DNA of 64,000 bases from Candidatus Latescibacterota bacterium. Lineage in GTDB: Bacteria; Latescibacterota; UBA2968; UBA8231. How positions within the stretch are numbered: the first letter of the stretch is position 1; every line of letters starts with the position of its first letter. The translations under genes and the position numbers were made by a program. The stretch lies in assembly GCA_965248355.1 (NCBI GenBank), contig OZ252098.1, forward strand, positions 1,376,001 to 1,440,000, given 5' to 3'. Positions 29,778 to 39,250 of this stretch are shown here, piece by piece. Below the pieces are notes generated by a model, which saw only the letters and a program-made list of their open reading frames with translations, made no database searches and had not been told where the DNA came from.

Positions 29778-29785
29778 CTTGCTTT

Positions 29786-30571
29786 TCACTCCGTGAAACG
29801 AATACCCAAGAAGGTTGCTGGGGCGAACAGCAAGGGCCCGGTGTCGGCCCATGTACTCCAATCTGAGAATTCTGGCCAAAATGAGTGCGCCGCGAAATTT
29901 CCTCTCCAGATCTCACCTCTCGGTGCACCCGCCACGAAGAGGTCGCTAAACGGAATAGCCATCTCAACTACCCAGCTCTCCCTCATCCTCCCTACCCCAG
30001 TCAAGAGACCCTTCGCGTCCCACCGCACTCCATCCAAGAATGCCATCTCCACTAGAGTCTCGTCAGAAGGCGTTCCATCCCTTCGAATCTGCTCCACCGC
30101 CTGCTCTGACGGCCACCACCTATCGTATACCAGATTGTCTGCATTCACACAGATCTGGAAGAAAGGACCACTTCCACTAGCTTCTGGCTCCAGGAAGACT
30201 TCCACATCATCACTAGATAGCGCAATTTGCTCATCATCGCGCGCAATCCCTGCTCGTTTCACTTGCCCCTCAACACGATAGGGTGTCTGAAAAGACACAT
30301 AGAAATACGTAGAGTCAAACTGAACACACACATTCGTCCGAGCCATGGGCACGATGGCGCGGCCTGAGGTCGTCACCTTCAGATCAATACAACTTGCCCC
30401 TCCCCATTCCCCCGCACCTAGATCACCATCCACTCTTACCCCCTCAACGGCCACAGGCACTACCAAGTGCGGAGTGACTGTCCCGTCCATTGGCTTGCTC
30501 TCACCACTGACCATCCCGACTGAGCAGATGATCCCCCCGACAAGGGCCAATAGTACCGCATCCTTCCCCAT
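29786..30571 (-). CDS. Exported CBM9-like (DOMON-type sugar-binding) protein
   Basis: Signal-like MGKDAVLLALVGG; VDGDL...EW, DDVEVFL.P, W.VEMAIPF..L, GEIWRGNF. Confidence 0.75.
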   Translation of the reverse strand: MGKDAVLLALVGGIICSVGMVSGESKPMDGTVTPHLVVPVAVEGVRVDGDLGAGEWGGASCIDLKVTTSGRAIVPMARTNVCVQFDSTYFYVSFQTPYRVEGQVKRAGIARDDEQIALSSDDVEVFLEPEASGSGPFFQICVNADNLVYDRWWPSEQAVEQIRRDGTPSDETLVEMAFLDGVRWDAKGLLTGVGRMRESWVVEMAIPFSDLFVAGAPRGEIWRGNFAAHSFWPEFSDWSTWADTGPLLFAPATFLGIRFTE

Positions 30572-30725
30572 CGCCAGTTTCCTCCCCTCTCTCCTTACCG
30601 CCAGTTCCAACCCAGACGCCGAGGAGGCTCCCCCGGAAAGCAAGAAGAGGCGCGCGCGCTTTCCGACGGAGCCTCCCTTTTGGGCGTGCTCTGGCAAGTC
30701 TTGTCCTGGAACCTCCCAGATCCCC

Positions 30726-31082
30726 CTAAGGCACCAACACGCACTCCCAGTGGCAGAACATATCCACCATCGTATTTGGGCAATAGTAGGCATCTCCATT
30801 GCTACAGGAGTCCAGCACTGGTTTCCAACTGTATTGGGAATTGCAGTTGTCGTCACACTGCTGCTGCGCCGTGCCGTATATGTCCGCAGGCACGTCGCAG
30901 TTGTAGGTGCTGCAACTCAACGCCGCGCCGCACCGATACGTCAAGGGCGTCTCACCACAGGTCGGGTTGTTTCCAGCAACAGGTACGGCCACGCCGACAT
31001 ACGCGGCTGCCAACCCCAACCCAGCCATCATTCGGGAGACAACCCCCCGATTCTCCCTTGGGTCACCAGAAACGATTGCCAT
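30726..31082 (-). CDS. Small exported cysteine-rich protein (10 Cys in an 81-aa C-terminal region)
   Basis: AGAGGGAGG RBS, signal-like hydrophobic stretch ending VPVAG, ten Cys, co-oriented with its neighbours. Confidence 0.75.
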   Translation of the reverse strand: MAIVSGDPRENRGVVSRMMAGLGLAAAYVGVAVPVAGNNPTCGETPLTYRCGAALSCSTYNCDVPADIYGTAQQQCDDNCNSQYSWKPVLDSCSNGDAYYCPNTMVDMFCHWECVLVP

Positions 31083-31210
31083 GTGCGTACTTCCCTCCCT
31101 CTTCTAAAGGGTTATGTGGAAAATGCCTCTCCAAAAAAGCGCGCGCCTCATAACCAGAATTCCCTCACTCACAGTCCAAGTGGTTGGCCTAGCCTTCTCA
31201 AGGCCAATCC

Positions 31211-32284
31211 CTAATCGTTCACTCCGTTCACTCTTGGATGATTCCTAAACACCACGGCCGCATCTTCCAAGAGTGCAGCCGAAGGCTGCACGTAGATCTC
31301 GTGCAGATCCACTAGGGAAGGAATCCTCAATTCCTCTGGAGTCAACTCGTCTCCGAGAATGGCGGAGACCCACAGTGGAATCAGTAGGAACCGTTCATCT
31401 CGGTGAATCTTCGCCATGTATTCTATTGCGCGATGCCACCTCGCCATCTGACTTCCGGCTCCTCCACTGCGTCTGCCTTCCTGATCATGATACAAATGGT
31501 AGGTCCTAGCTTCTGATACATGGACGACGCCTACATCCGCCTGCATCAACCTGTACCCCAGCTCCCATCCCTCACTGAATTCAATCTGCTCATCAAATCC
31601 CCCTACCTCCAGAAACGCACTTCTTGGCACCGTCACATTATGAGGAAAAAAAGCCACCCAGGCAAGTCCGCTGTCTGGCCAAGCCAGGAGAAGTTCCTCA
31701 ATTTGCTTCTGTAGTACATCCTGCCCTGGAAAAGGATAGGCACCTTGCACGGACCTAGATCGTATCTTCTCGAAGTAACCTGTCACCATCTCAGGCGAGA
31801 CCCGGACATCCAAAGATCCATCCCTCAAGTGTCGCTTCACAACGCTGGAGATGACGACATCCGCCTTCAATTCCCCACTCGTAGGGTCATCGACAAACTC
31901 CAAGGTCGGTATACACCACAGACCTCCGGTCAACGCACAATGCCGGCGCATGTCGACAGTCCCCAAATAGACTTCCAACCATCCTGGGTCCGGAAGCGCG
32001 TCCCCATCCAAGAACATCACACACTCGCCTCGCGCCACAGACGCACCCACATTCCGAGCCTTACACCTCCCCTCTCTCTTGGAAAGACGCACTTGGCGTA
32101 TCACTAGACCTTGGGACTTCCAATACTGCACCCTGACGTGGCTATTGTCATCGCATCCATCTAGGACCACTACAATCTCATACAGTTGCCTGCTGACCGT
32201 CTGCGCACTAAGGCCAGCAAGAACCAAATGCAGTCGATTCTCCTGATTATGTGTAGCAATTACCACACTGGCCAGAGGACTCAA
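31211..32284 (-). CDS. GT2-family glycosyltransferase
   Basis: SVVIATHN, EIVVVLDG.DD, ARNVGA, FLDGD, GGFDE...EGWELGYRL, HLYH; TTG start overlaps the upstream TGA. Confidence 0.88.
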   Translation of the reverse strand: MSPLASVVIATHNQENRLHLVLAGLSAQTVSRQLYEIVVVLDGCDDNSHVRVQYWKSQGLVIRQVRLSKREGRCKARNVGASVARGECVMFLDGDALPDPGWLEVYLGTVDMRRHCALTGGLWCIPTLEFVDDPTSGELKADVVISSVVKRHLRDGSLDVRVSPEMVTGYFEKIRSRSVQGAYPFPGQDVLQKQIEELLLAWPDSGLAWVAFFPHNVTVPRSAFLEVGGFDEQIEFSEGWELGYRLMQADVGVVHVSEARTYHLYHDQEGRRSGGAGSQMARWHRAIEYMAKIHRDERFLLIPLWVSAILGDELTPEELRIPSLVDLHEIYVQPSAALLEDAAVVFRNHPRVNGVND

Positions 32285-34761
32285 TCGAGAATCTCCGCCT
32301 CCAGGTGGGTCCACCAAGCCGAATCTTGGCTCTTCTTTGCGTCCGGCCTTGTCCACAGAACGTGGGGTATCTGTTTCACCGCGTTTGAGCAAACCACTCG
32401 ATGGAGGTCCAGACTGCCAAAATAGTACTCTTCGAAGGGGGCCTCCTCTTGTTCAGCTTCAGTCCTCAATCGTCTACTCTTGCAGTTTCTCCCGTTCATC
32501 CCACCCAGTCCGATAACCATGCTGTGGAACTCCACAGAGAGCCATCTCCCTTCGACGAACACCTCCGCCCAAGTGTGAGCGAACGGTGTCTCCCTCCAGC
32601 CGCCACACACGAATCTGTGTCCCAGTGGATATCCAAGTAATGCTCCGCTGACCTCTCGAGCAGGGATGCCTGCCAAGCGACAGAGGGAAATGAAGGCTCG
32701 AGCAGCGGTTATGCAATGCATCCCGGAACCCCCATCCAGTGCCTGATAGGTGCTACACTCCAAGCACTGGCAGGTTTCCTCTGTCTTCTCGAAGCGCTTC
32801 CCCTGCCTTATGAAGTCGTACAATGCCCGCGCCTTCTCAATGTCGCTCCCCGACCCAGCAACCCCCACTAGCACCTCTCTGATCCGCCGATCGTCCGCAA
32901 TGGAAGGTGGCACCGACATGAACTCCCCACTGTACGGCGCTGCCAAGAGACCCACTTCCATTTCCCCGCTCCGAAGTGCGTTCACTCTCAAATCGCAGCA
33001 GTAGCCCACCTCCGCTGAACCACCCGGCTCCAAGTCTACCCCAAATCCATAGAAGAGACCGCAGGCCGAGAGTAGATGATTCCGCATCGCCTCTGGTTCC
33101 ACCGACCGCAGTTTGATGTCCCGTTGTCGTCTATGCTGAATCGGGAATGGCACGAAGAGCAGAACTCTCCCGGAGGAAGTGCCAGCCTGCACCGATACCC
33201 TATATTTGAGTCTCAGCACACAGCTGTCTTGTCTAGTCTGGACAGATCCCCGTTCTACAAAGAGGAAGCGTTGTCGCCTTGCCATTTGCGCGCGATACTC
33301 CGCCTCGAAGAACGTCGAACTGTTTCGGTGCAACCAGTTCCACGATCGCAACAGGTCGTACGGGGTGGCAGACTCTTGACTAGAGGGCATACCCGCTCTC
33401 CTGGCCTCTGCAAGTAGTCTATGAACCTCACCCTTGCTTCCGAGCAACGGGTGCCCAATTCTCAGATATTTGACAAAGGTTGTCTCAGAGACTCGATGTA
33501 AGCCGCCAGAGACCCCACTACGGGGATCCTCCTTAGGGTCGACCATTTCCTCAATCACTTGGGATACTCGGTCTACATTGTCCCACTCCCTGACGTGTCT
33601 CGAGAAGGCTCTGCATCGCTCCTCGTACTCCTGATTTTCGATTACGCGATCAACTGTCTTTCTAATTTCCTCTGCATTGGTCCACTGATTCCACTCCAGC
33701 TTAATTCCGAGACCAAGGCTACCTACTCGGTTTAGGTGGTACTCTTGATCAAGATGATCCGCCGCCCCGACAACCGGCACCCCACTCCGAAGAGCATGGT
33801 ATACGGTACCGGCGCCCCCTACCGTGATGACTGCAGATGCCTCTGCCGTAATCCAAGAAGCCGGTAGAAAATCCACTATCCGCACATTTCTAGATGGTGT
33901 AGTGGGAGCAGCCTCCCGGCTCCTGGGGCCTAACACGGTGCAGATAACACGATAGCGCTCCGAGAGCACGGAAAGGGTGTCTATCAGAAACCCCTCAAGA
34001 GCATGTCCCGTGCTGCCGCAATTGAGATAGATTAGGGGCAGGGTTGAGTCCCATCCATTTGAATCCAGGGTGACCACCTGGCGTGGCCGAGCAGGAAGGT
34101 CCAGCAGAGGTCCCACATAGTAGGCTCCCTTCCATTGGCCGGTAGGGTGGAACTGAGGCACATCCGCCACTAGAAGGCAGCTGCGCTTTCTCTTCGCCGG
34201 AGACGAACGGCATCTCCTCAAGTACTCCTCAAACGGCCCCGGCTCTGTCTCGAACCAGGTGGGAAGTTGAATCCTGTGACCGTAACTTGGGCTATTGTAC
34301 GCGGCCTCGACCATGGCTAGATGGAGTCCCATGAGGCCAGCCGAGATTTGAAGGGTGGGCCGCATGTCACCAATTACGACATCGGGTCTGGTGTCCTCAA
34401 TAACATCTCGTTCTGACTCAACGCAGGCATCGATGGACTCCATGTCGTAGAAGTCATACCTTGCAGATTTTATGGATCTGTCCATGGCTTCCTGAGAAAG
34501 GCTCTTCACATGCCGTACGGGGAAACCATGGTCCTTCACCATTGCAGAATTCACTCCGACACCGGCAAACTCAACATGGTGGGTTCGCCTGCGCAAGAAT
34601 CGCCCGATCTTTATTGGGCGCAACGTATGCGCCAAGGAGTCACCATGAAAGAACACCAGGACTTTGAGTCGCCGCGAAGGAACACCGGAAGAAGTGAATC
34701 TCGGGATGAGCCTTTCCAGGCTCTTCTTGGCTCTCTGGGCCAACTGGGCTGATTGGATCAC
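32281..34761 (-). CDS. GT-B (GT1/GT28-like) glycosyltransferase fused to a transglutaminase-like domain
   Basis: N-half: LAH..R, PDVVIGD, YVGP, GSTG, GGAGTVY.AL..GVP...DQ. C-half: HC...A..F..LCR..GIPAR.VSG, HTWAEV...G.W..VE. Confidence 0.85.
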   Translation of the reverse strand: MIQSAQLAQRAKKSLERLIPRFTSSGVPSRRLKVLVFFHGDSLAHTLRPIKIGRFLRRRTHHVEFAGVGVNSAMVKDHGFPVRHVKSLSQEAMDRSIKSARYDFYDMESIDACVESERDVIEDTRPDVVIGDMRPTLQISAGLMGLHLAMVEAAYNSPSYGHRIQLPTWFETEPGPFEEYLRRCRSSPAKRKRSCLLVADVPQFHPTGQWKGAYYVGPLLDLPARPRQVVTLDSNGWDSTLPLIYLNCGSTGHALEGFLIDTLSVLSERYRVICTVLGPRSREAAPTTPSRNVRIVDFLPASWITAEASAVITVGGAGTVYHALRSGVPVVGAADHLDQEYHLNRVGSLGLGIKLEWNQWTNAEEIRKTVDRVIENQEYEERCRAFSRHVREWDNVDRVSQVIEEMVDPKEDPRSGVSGGLHRVSETTFVKYLRIGHPLLGSKGEVHRLLAEARRAGMPSSQESATPYDLLRSWNWLHRNSSTFFEAEYRAQMARRQRFLFVERGSVQTRQDSCVLRLKYRVSVQAGTSSGRVLLFVPFPIQHRRQRDIKLRSVEPEAMRNHLLSACGLFYGFGVDLEPGGSAEVGYCCDLRVNALRSGEMEVGLLAAPYSGEFMSVPPSIADDRRIREVLVGVAGSGSDIEKARALYDFIRQGKRFEKTEETCQCLECSTYQALDGGSGMHCITAARAFISLCRLAGIPAREVSGALLGYPLGHRFVCGGWRETPFAHTWAEVFVEGRWLSVEFHSMVIGLGGMNGRNCKSRRLRTEAEQEEAPFEEYYFGSLDLHRVVCSNAVKQIPHVLWTRPDAKKSQDSAWWTHLEAEILD

Positions 34762-34780
34762 TTTAGAAGTCCCTATTCCA

Positions 34781-34906
34781 GGCTCATTCCGGGAATACTC
34801 CTCGAGGCTCTCCCGGCCCCGGCCGTTGGCGACGGTTCCACGCCCGATGGACCGACTCCACGGTACCAGAGCATCTTGGGGCGCCCAGAGCCAAGAGCGG
34901 GGTGAC
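34781..34906 (-). mobile_element. Internally deleted ISL3-related remnant (about 125 bp)
   Basis: Begins GGCTCATTCCGGG. Contains patches similar to ISL3 20181-20232 (GRGRESLE.Y) and 20825-20850 (TACCA...CATCTTGGGG). Confidence 0.65.
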
Positions 34907-35288
34907 GTCTACGTGTACCATGAGCGCCGGAATCTCCCCCAACCGGGGAATGGCGCCATTCTGAACACGCGCGGCCGCCCCCCAAGTGCGTAATCCGCGG
35001 CCATCTTGGAGGTGCTAGGCCGAGCCCCGATGTGGGCGTCAGTGCGATGGGATCGATCAGATTTCCCACCCTGTGCGATTGAATGTCATGGCTCGCCATC
35101 TGGCCTAGGCAGCCCTGGAAAGGGGACGCTGGCTTGAGAAATAGTAGCTATGGTGTGGCCTCTGACATTAAAGAGGCTCCGAGGGGAGGTCCTGTGCAAT
35201 CGAGAAACCGAAATTAGGCGGTCCTTCTCAATCTCTACCGGTTGGCCGTCCTGGAACCTCCTTATATAAACCTCGGGCTAAGAGGTCC

Positions 35289-35650
35289 GTCAAGGGACCA
35301 CCCAGATTCGCGCACCCCGGATTTGGTCGGGGTCGGTGGTACCGGATCGGTTCTCCCCCTCCTGAGATGAGGTGCACCGAGAACGGGGACCTGCACCGCA
35401 AACCCCGGAGCGGCCCCCGGTCCAGCCAGTGACGCTTGGCGAACGAGGGAATGGGTGTGAGGGATGGTCTTGGCCTCCTTCCGCTCCACGTGTCATTCGG
35501 CCAGTTGCTGCTCCATGTCCCGGAGGCCGAAGCTACGGCCATTGATCTGCAGGACATCGCAGTAGTGCAGCAGTCGATCCCAGATGGCCGTGGCCAGACC
35601 CGTCGGCAGCATCTCCGGCCATTGGCGGATGCTCTTCTTGGAGGTGATCG
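35289..35650 (-). mobile_element. IS21-family right-end remnant (istB 3' end)
   Basis: SIRQWPEML...LATAIWDRLLHYCDVLQINGRSF.LR to TGA 35493, followed by an end-like sequence ...GGTCCCTTGAC. Confidence 0.7.
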
Positions 35651-35673
35651 ATCAGGGTGCTGGCGCGCTGCTA

Positions 35674-36840
35674 GTGTCATGTCGTAGAAATTACTGTACA
35701 TCTTCATGAGGATGCTGTAGGTTTCTCTTATTCTCTTTCCGAAAGGAGAAACCTATGGCGAGGGGACGACCGTTACCGGCGATAGAGTTGAGTCCGTCGG
35801 ACCGGGACCAATTGGAATCGATGGCCAGATCACGGAGTCTCCCCCACGGGTTGGTGCGCCGAGCCGAGATGGTTCTGCTGGCCGCCGACGGCTGGCCCAA
35901 TCAGGCGGTCGCCGCCGCGGTAGGGGTGACGCGGGCGACTGTGGGCAAGTGGCGGCGACGCTTTCTCGAGGGCGGGCTGCCGGGCTTGCATGATGAGCTG
36001 CGTCCGGGGGCGCCGCGATCGATCACGGATGAGCAGGTCGCCGAGGTGGTCTACAAGACCCTGAAGACCAAGCCCAAGGACGAAACCCAGTGGTCGGTGC
36101 GCTCCATGGGCCAGGAAACCGGCCTGTCCAAGGATGCGGTACATCGCATTTGGCGCACCTATGGTCTGCAACCCCACCGACACAAGCACTTCAAGCTGTC
36201 CACCGATCCCTTCTTCGTGGACAAAGTACGGGATATCGCCGGGTTGTACCTGAATCCCCCGGAGCACGCCATGGTTCTGTGCGTGGACGAGAAGAGCCAG
36301 ATCCAGGCCTTGGAACGAACTCAGCCGATGCTGCCCTTGGGCTTGGGATACGTGGAAGGGGTTACGCACGACTACAAGCGGCACGGCACCACCACCCTGT
36401 TTGCCGCCTTGGACGTGGCCACCGGCGAAGTGATGACCCAGTGCAAATCCCGGCATCGTCACCAGGAATTCCTCCAGTTCCTACGCCACATCGAGACCAA
36501 CGTGCCCGAGGATCTCGATATCCATCTCGTCGTCGACAACTACGCCACCCATAAGCATGCCAAGATCAAGCGATGGCTGGCCAACCGTCCCCGGTTTCAC
36601 GTTCACTACACCCCCACGTATGCTTCGTGGCTCAACCAAGTGGAGATCTGGTTCGGGATCATCACGCGCCAGGCCATTCGGCGCGGGTCGTTTCGGAAGG
36701 TCCCGGAGCTGGTCGAGCGGATCGAACGGTACACCGACAAGTGGAACGCCAAGGCCCGGCCCTTCGTCTGGACGGCGACGGCCGATTCCATCCTCGCCAA
36801 GGTCAAACGACTTTGTGAGCGAATCTCTGCGACATGACAC
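35674..36840 (+). mobile_element. IS630-family element, apparently intact
   Basis: IRs GTGTCATGTCGTAGAAATT and (rc) GTGTCATGTCGCAGAGATT, flanked by TA. Confidence 0.95.
35755..36837 (+). CDS. IS630 transposase
   Basis: [59 protein letters not shown]. Confidence 0.95.
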   Translation: MARGRPLPAIELSPSDRDQLESMARSRSLPHGLVRRAEMVLLAADGWPNQAVAAAVGVTRATVGKWRRRFLEGGLPGLHDELRPGAPRSITDEQVAEVVYKTLKTKPKDETQWSVRSMGQETGLSKDAVHRIWRTYGLQPHRHKHFKLSTDPFFVDKVRDIAGLYLNPPEHAMVLCVDEKSQIQALERTQPMLPLGLGYVEGVTHDYKRHGTTTLFAALDVATGEVMTQCKSRHRHQEFLQFLRHIETNVPEDLDIHLVVDNYATHKHAKIKRWLANRPRFHVHYTPTYASWLNQVEIWFGIITRQAIRRGSFRKVPELVERIERYTDKWNAKARPFVWTATADSILAKVKRLCERISAT

Positions 36841-36843
36841 TAG

Positions 36844-38363
36844 CAGTCCGTTGGAAAAAGGCGAGGGATGAGGGAGGTACCAACTCCCCTCGTACGGGTC
36901 CTTTACTAGATTAGGCAGGCCACGTACCCAAGGAGCCGGATCGATGTCGCTGAGCCGACGACCCGAGAGCCAGCAACAGGAGATGTGGGTGCCGACCCAC
37001 ACGCTGCCGGAGGCGCCGGGGTGTCCGTTCTACACGCAACTGATTCAGTTGCTGCTGGCGGCGCATGGGTTTGACCGCTTTGTCGAGTCTCGGTGCGCCC
37101 CGTATTACGCCGAGACGCTGGGCCGGCCGAGCATCGCGCCGGGGGTCTATTTCCGCATGCTCTTGATCGGCTACTTCGAGGGCCTGGGCTCGGAGCGGGG
37201 CATCGCCTGGCGGGTGGCCGACTCGGTGTCGCTGCGCCGTTTTCTGGGCTACGCCCTGAGCGAGGCCACGCCGGATCACTCGAGCCTGACGCGCATTCGT
37301 CAGCGTCTGCCGTCGGAGATCTACCAGGAGGTGTTCAACTGGGTGCTGACCGTGCTGGCCAAGGAGGGGCTTTTGAAGGGCAAGACCCTGGCGGTGGACG
37401 CCACGACCCTGGAGGCCAACGCCGCCCTGCGCAGCGTCGTGCGGCGGGACACCGGGCAAGGCTACCGCGAGTACCTGGAGGACTTGGCCCGGGCCGAAGG
37501 AATCGAGACGCCGACGCGCCAGGACCTGGCCCGGCTCGACAAGAAACGGCCGCGCAAAGGCTCCAACCAGGACTGGAAGCATCCCCGAGGATCCGGAGGC
37601 CCGCATCACCAAGATGAAGGACGGGCGGACCCACCTGGCGCATAAAGCCGAACACGCGGTCGATCTGGACACCCAGGCCTTGGTGGCGGTCCAGGTGACC
37701 GGCGCCGACGAGGGAGACACCTCGTCCCTGTCTTGGACGCTGATCCAGAGCGATCTGAATCTGCAGGCCGTGTCGCAGGATCCGAAAGCCAAGAACCATC
37801 TGCATGGCCAACCGATGTCGGAAGTGGTGACGGACAAAGGGGTATCACAGCAACGACACGACCAAGAGGCTGAAGGGCGCTCAGATTCGCGGCTACCTGT
37901 CCGAGCCCGACCGGGGGCGCCGTCGGTGGAAGGACCGGGCCGCCCAGGCGGCCGTGTATGCCAATCGACGCCGGATTCGAGGGCCCCGGGGCCGCGCCCT
38001 GCAACGGCGTCGAGCCGAATGCGCGGAACGCAGTTTCGCTCACACCTACGAACGCGGGGGGCTGCGACGGACGCACCTGCGGGGCCACGCCAACATCTAC
38101 AAGCGGCTGAGCCTTCATGGCAGCGCCTTCAATCTGGGCTTGGCCATGCGGAAGCTCACCGGCTGCGGGACCCCGAGGGGTCTGCGGGCACTGGGGGCCG
38201 TTTTTTCGGTCTTCAAGGCGGGTTTGCAGGTCGCTCGGGCCCTCTCGCGTCGCGCCGGCGGCCTCTTCCTCACCTGGGTCCGGGATCGATTCCTCATCCG
38301 TTGCCGCCGCCTTCACCCAGAGCGACCGGACGTGATCCAAAACGTGGCTTTCTCAACGGGCTG
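36844..38363 (+). mobile_element. IS1182/IS5-like element with a frameshifted transposase (36944-38367)
   Basis: IRs CAGTCCGTTGGAAAAAG and (rc) CAGCCCGTTGAGAAAG, flanked by CTAG. GRPSIAP..YFRMLL.GYFEG, PDHSSL, VDATTLEANAA, KMKDGRTHLAHKAEH, TDKG and ERSFAH are spread over three frames. Confidence 0.88.
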
Positions 38364-38370
38364 CTAGACC

Positions 38371-39249
38371 TCATGTATTGACCGGTACATAAAGGTCTAG
38401 CGATGATTGATGACCTTGAACAGTAGGTGGGCCTTTGCGACCGGTCCAGGGCCCGGCAATCACGTCGGCGCTGTCGACGCTCCAGCACCAGAACTTCTCC
38501 GCGTACCCCACCACCAGGCGCGTGCCCTCGTCGTGGTCGACGTAGGGCGGGCGCGCCGGGCTGTACATGGTGTCGGTGAGGTCGCGGACCAGGGCCGTCT
38601 CCACGCCCCACTTGGTCATCTGCTTGATGCCGAAGCTGCGGTGGAGGACGCACATGTTGGTGTGCACGCCGAGGATCAGCATGCGGGTCACGCCGCGGGC
38701 CTGCAGGCAGGCGTAGACCAGGCGGCCGTCGTCGGAGATCAGGTCCCGCTCCGGATCGATGTCGATGCCGGGGTGCTGGCTCTTCCAGGCCTTGTAGGAG
38801 TCGTTCTCGGCCACGGTGGTGCCGTTGTCGGCGGCGTCCACCGGCAGGGGCGGGTCGTACTCGGCCGCCTCCCCGCCCGGGGCGAAGAGCTGCCCCACGA
38901 GGGAATCGGGATCCTGGGCCGCCGCCGGCAACTCCTCCGCGGGATCTGCCGGCTCCGCCTCCAGGGCACGGAGGCGGGCCGGGTGCTCCGCGTAGAACTC
39001 CATCGTGCCCGAGGGCGCGTGGACGATCTGCACCCCGGCGGCGCGAGCCACCGTCACCGTCTGATTCATGCGCGGCACCAGCGGCTCCATGCGCTCGCGG
39101 GCGCCGCGGCACCAGTGGCTGTCCCAGACGTCGCACAGCAGCAGGGCCGTGGCCGCCGTTGGCCACGCGGCCTCCTCCGTTACCGTGCGCCACACGCGGT
39201 GGCCGCCCTCGTCGAGGGTCAGCCGCTGGCGGCGCAGGTGGAGGTTCAT
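38371..39249 (-). CDS. Isochorismatase/nicotinamidase-family cysteine hydrolase
   Basis: LLLCDVWD.HWC, GVHTNMCV..RSFGI, VRDLTD.MY. The C-terminus may be altered next to the IS. Confidence 0.85.
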   Translation of the reverse strand: MNLHLRRQRLTLDEGGHRVWRTVTEEAAWPTAATALLLCDVWDSHWCRGARERMEPLVPRMNQTVTVARAAGVQIVHAPSGTMEFYAEHPARLRALEAEPADPAEELPAAAQDPDSLVGQLFAPGGEAAEYDPPLPVDAADNGTTVAENDSYKAWKSQHPGIDIDPERDLISDDGRLVYACLQARGVTRMLILGVHTNMCVLHRSFGIKQMTKWGVETALVRDLTDTMYSPARPPYVDHDEGTRLVVGYAEKFWCWSVDSADVIAGPWTGRKGPPTVQGHQSSLDLYVPVNT

Positions 39250-39250
39250 C

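Noticed and set aside
30572..30856. N-terminal extension of the CBM9-like ORF
   Set aside because: It overlaps the Cys-rich gene in another frame; the signal-peptide-like start at 30571 fits better.
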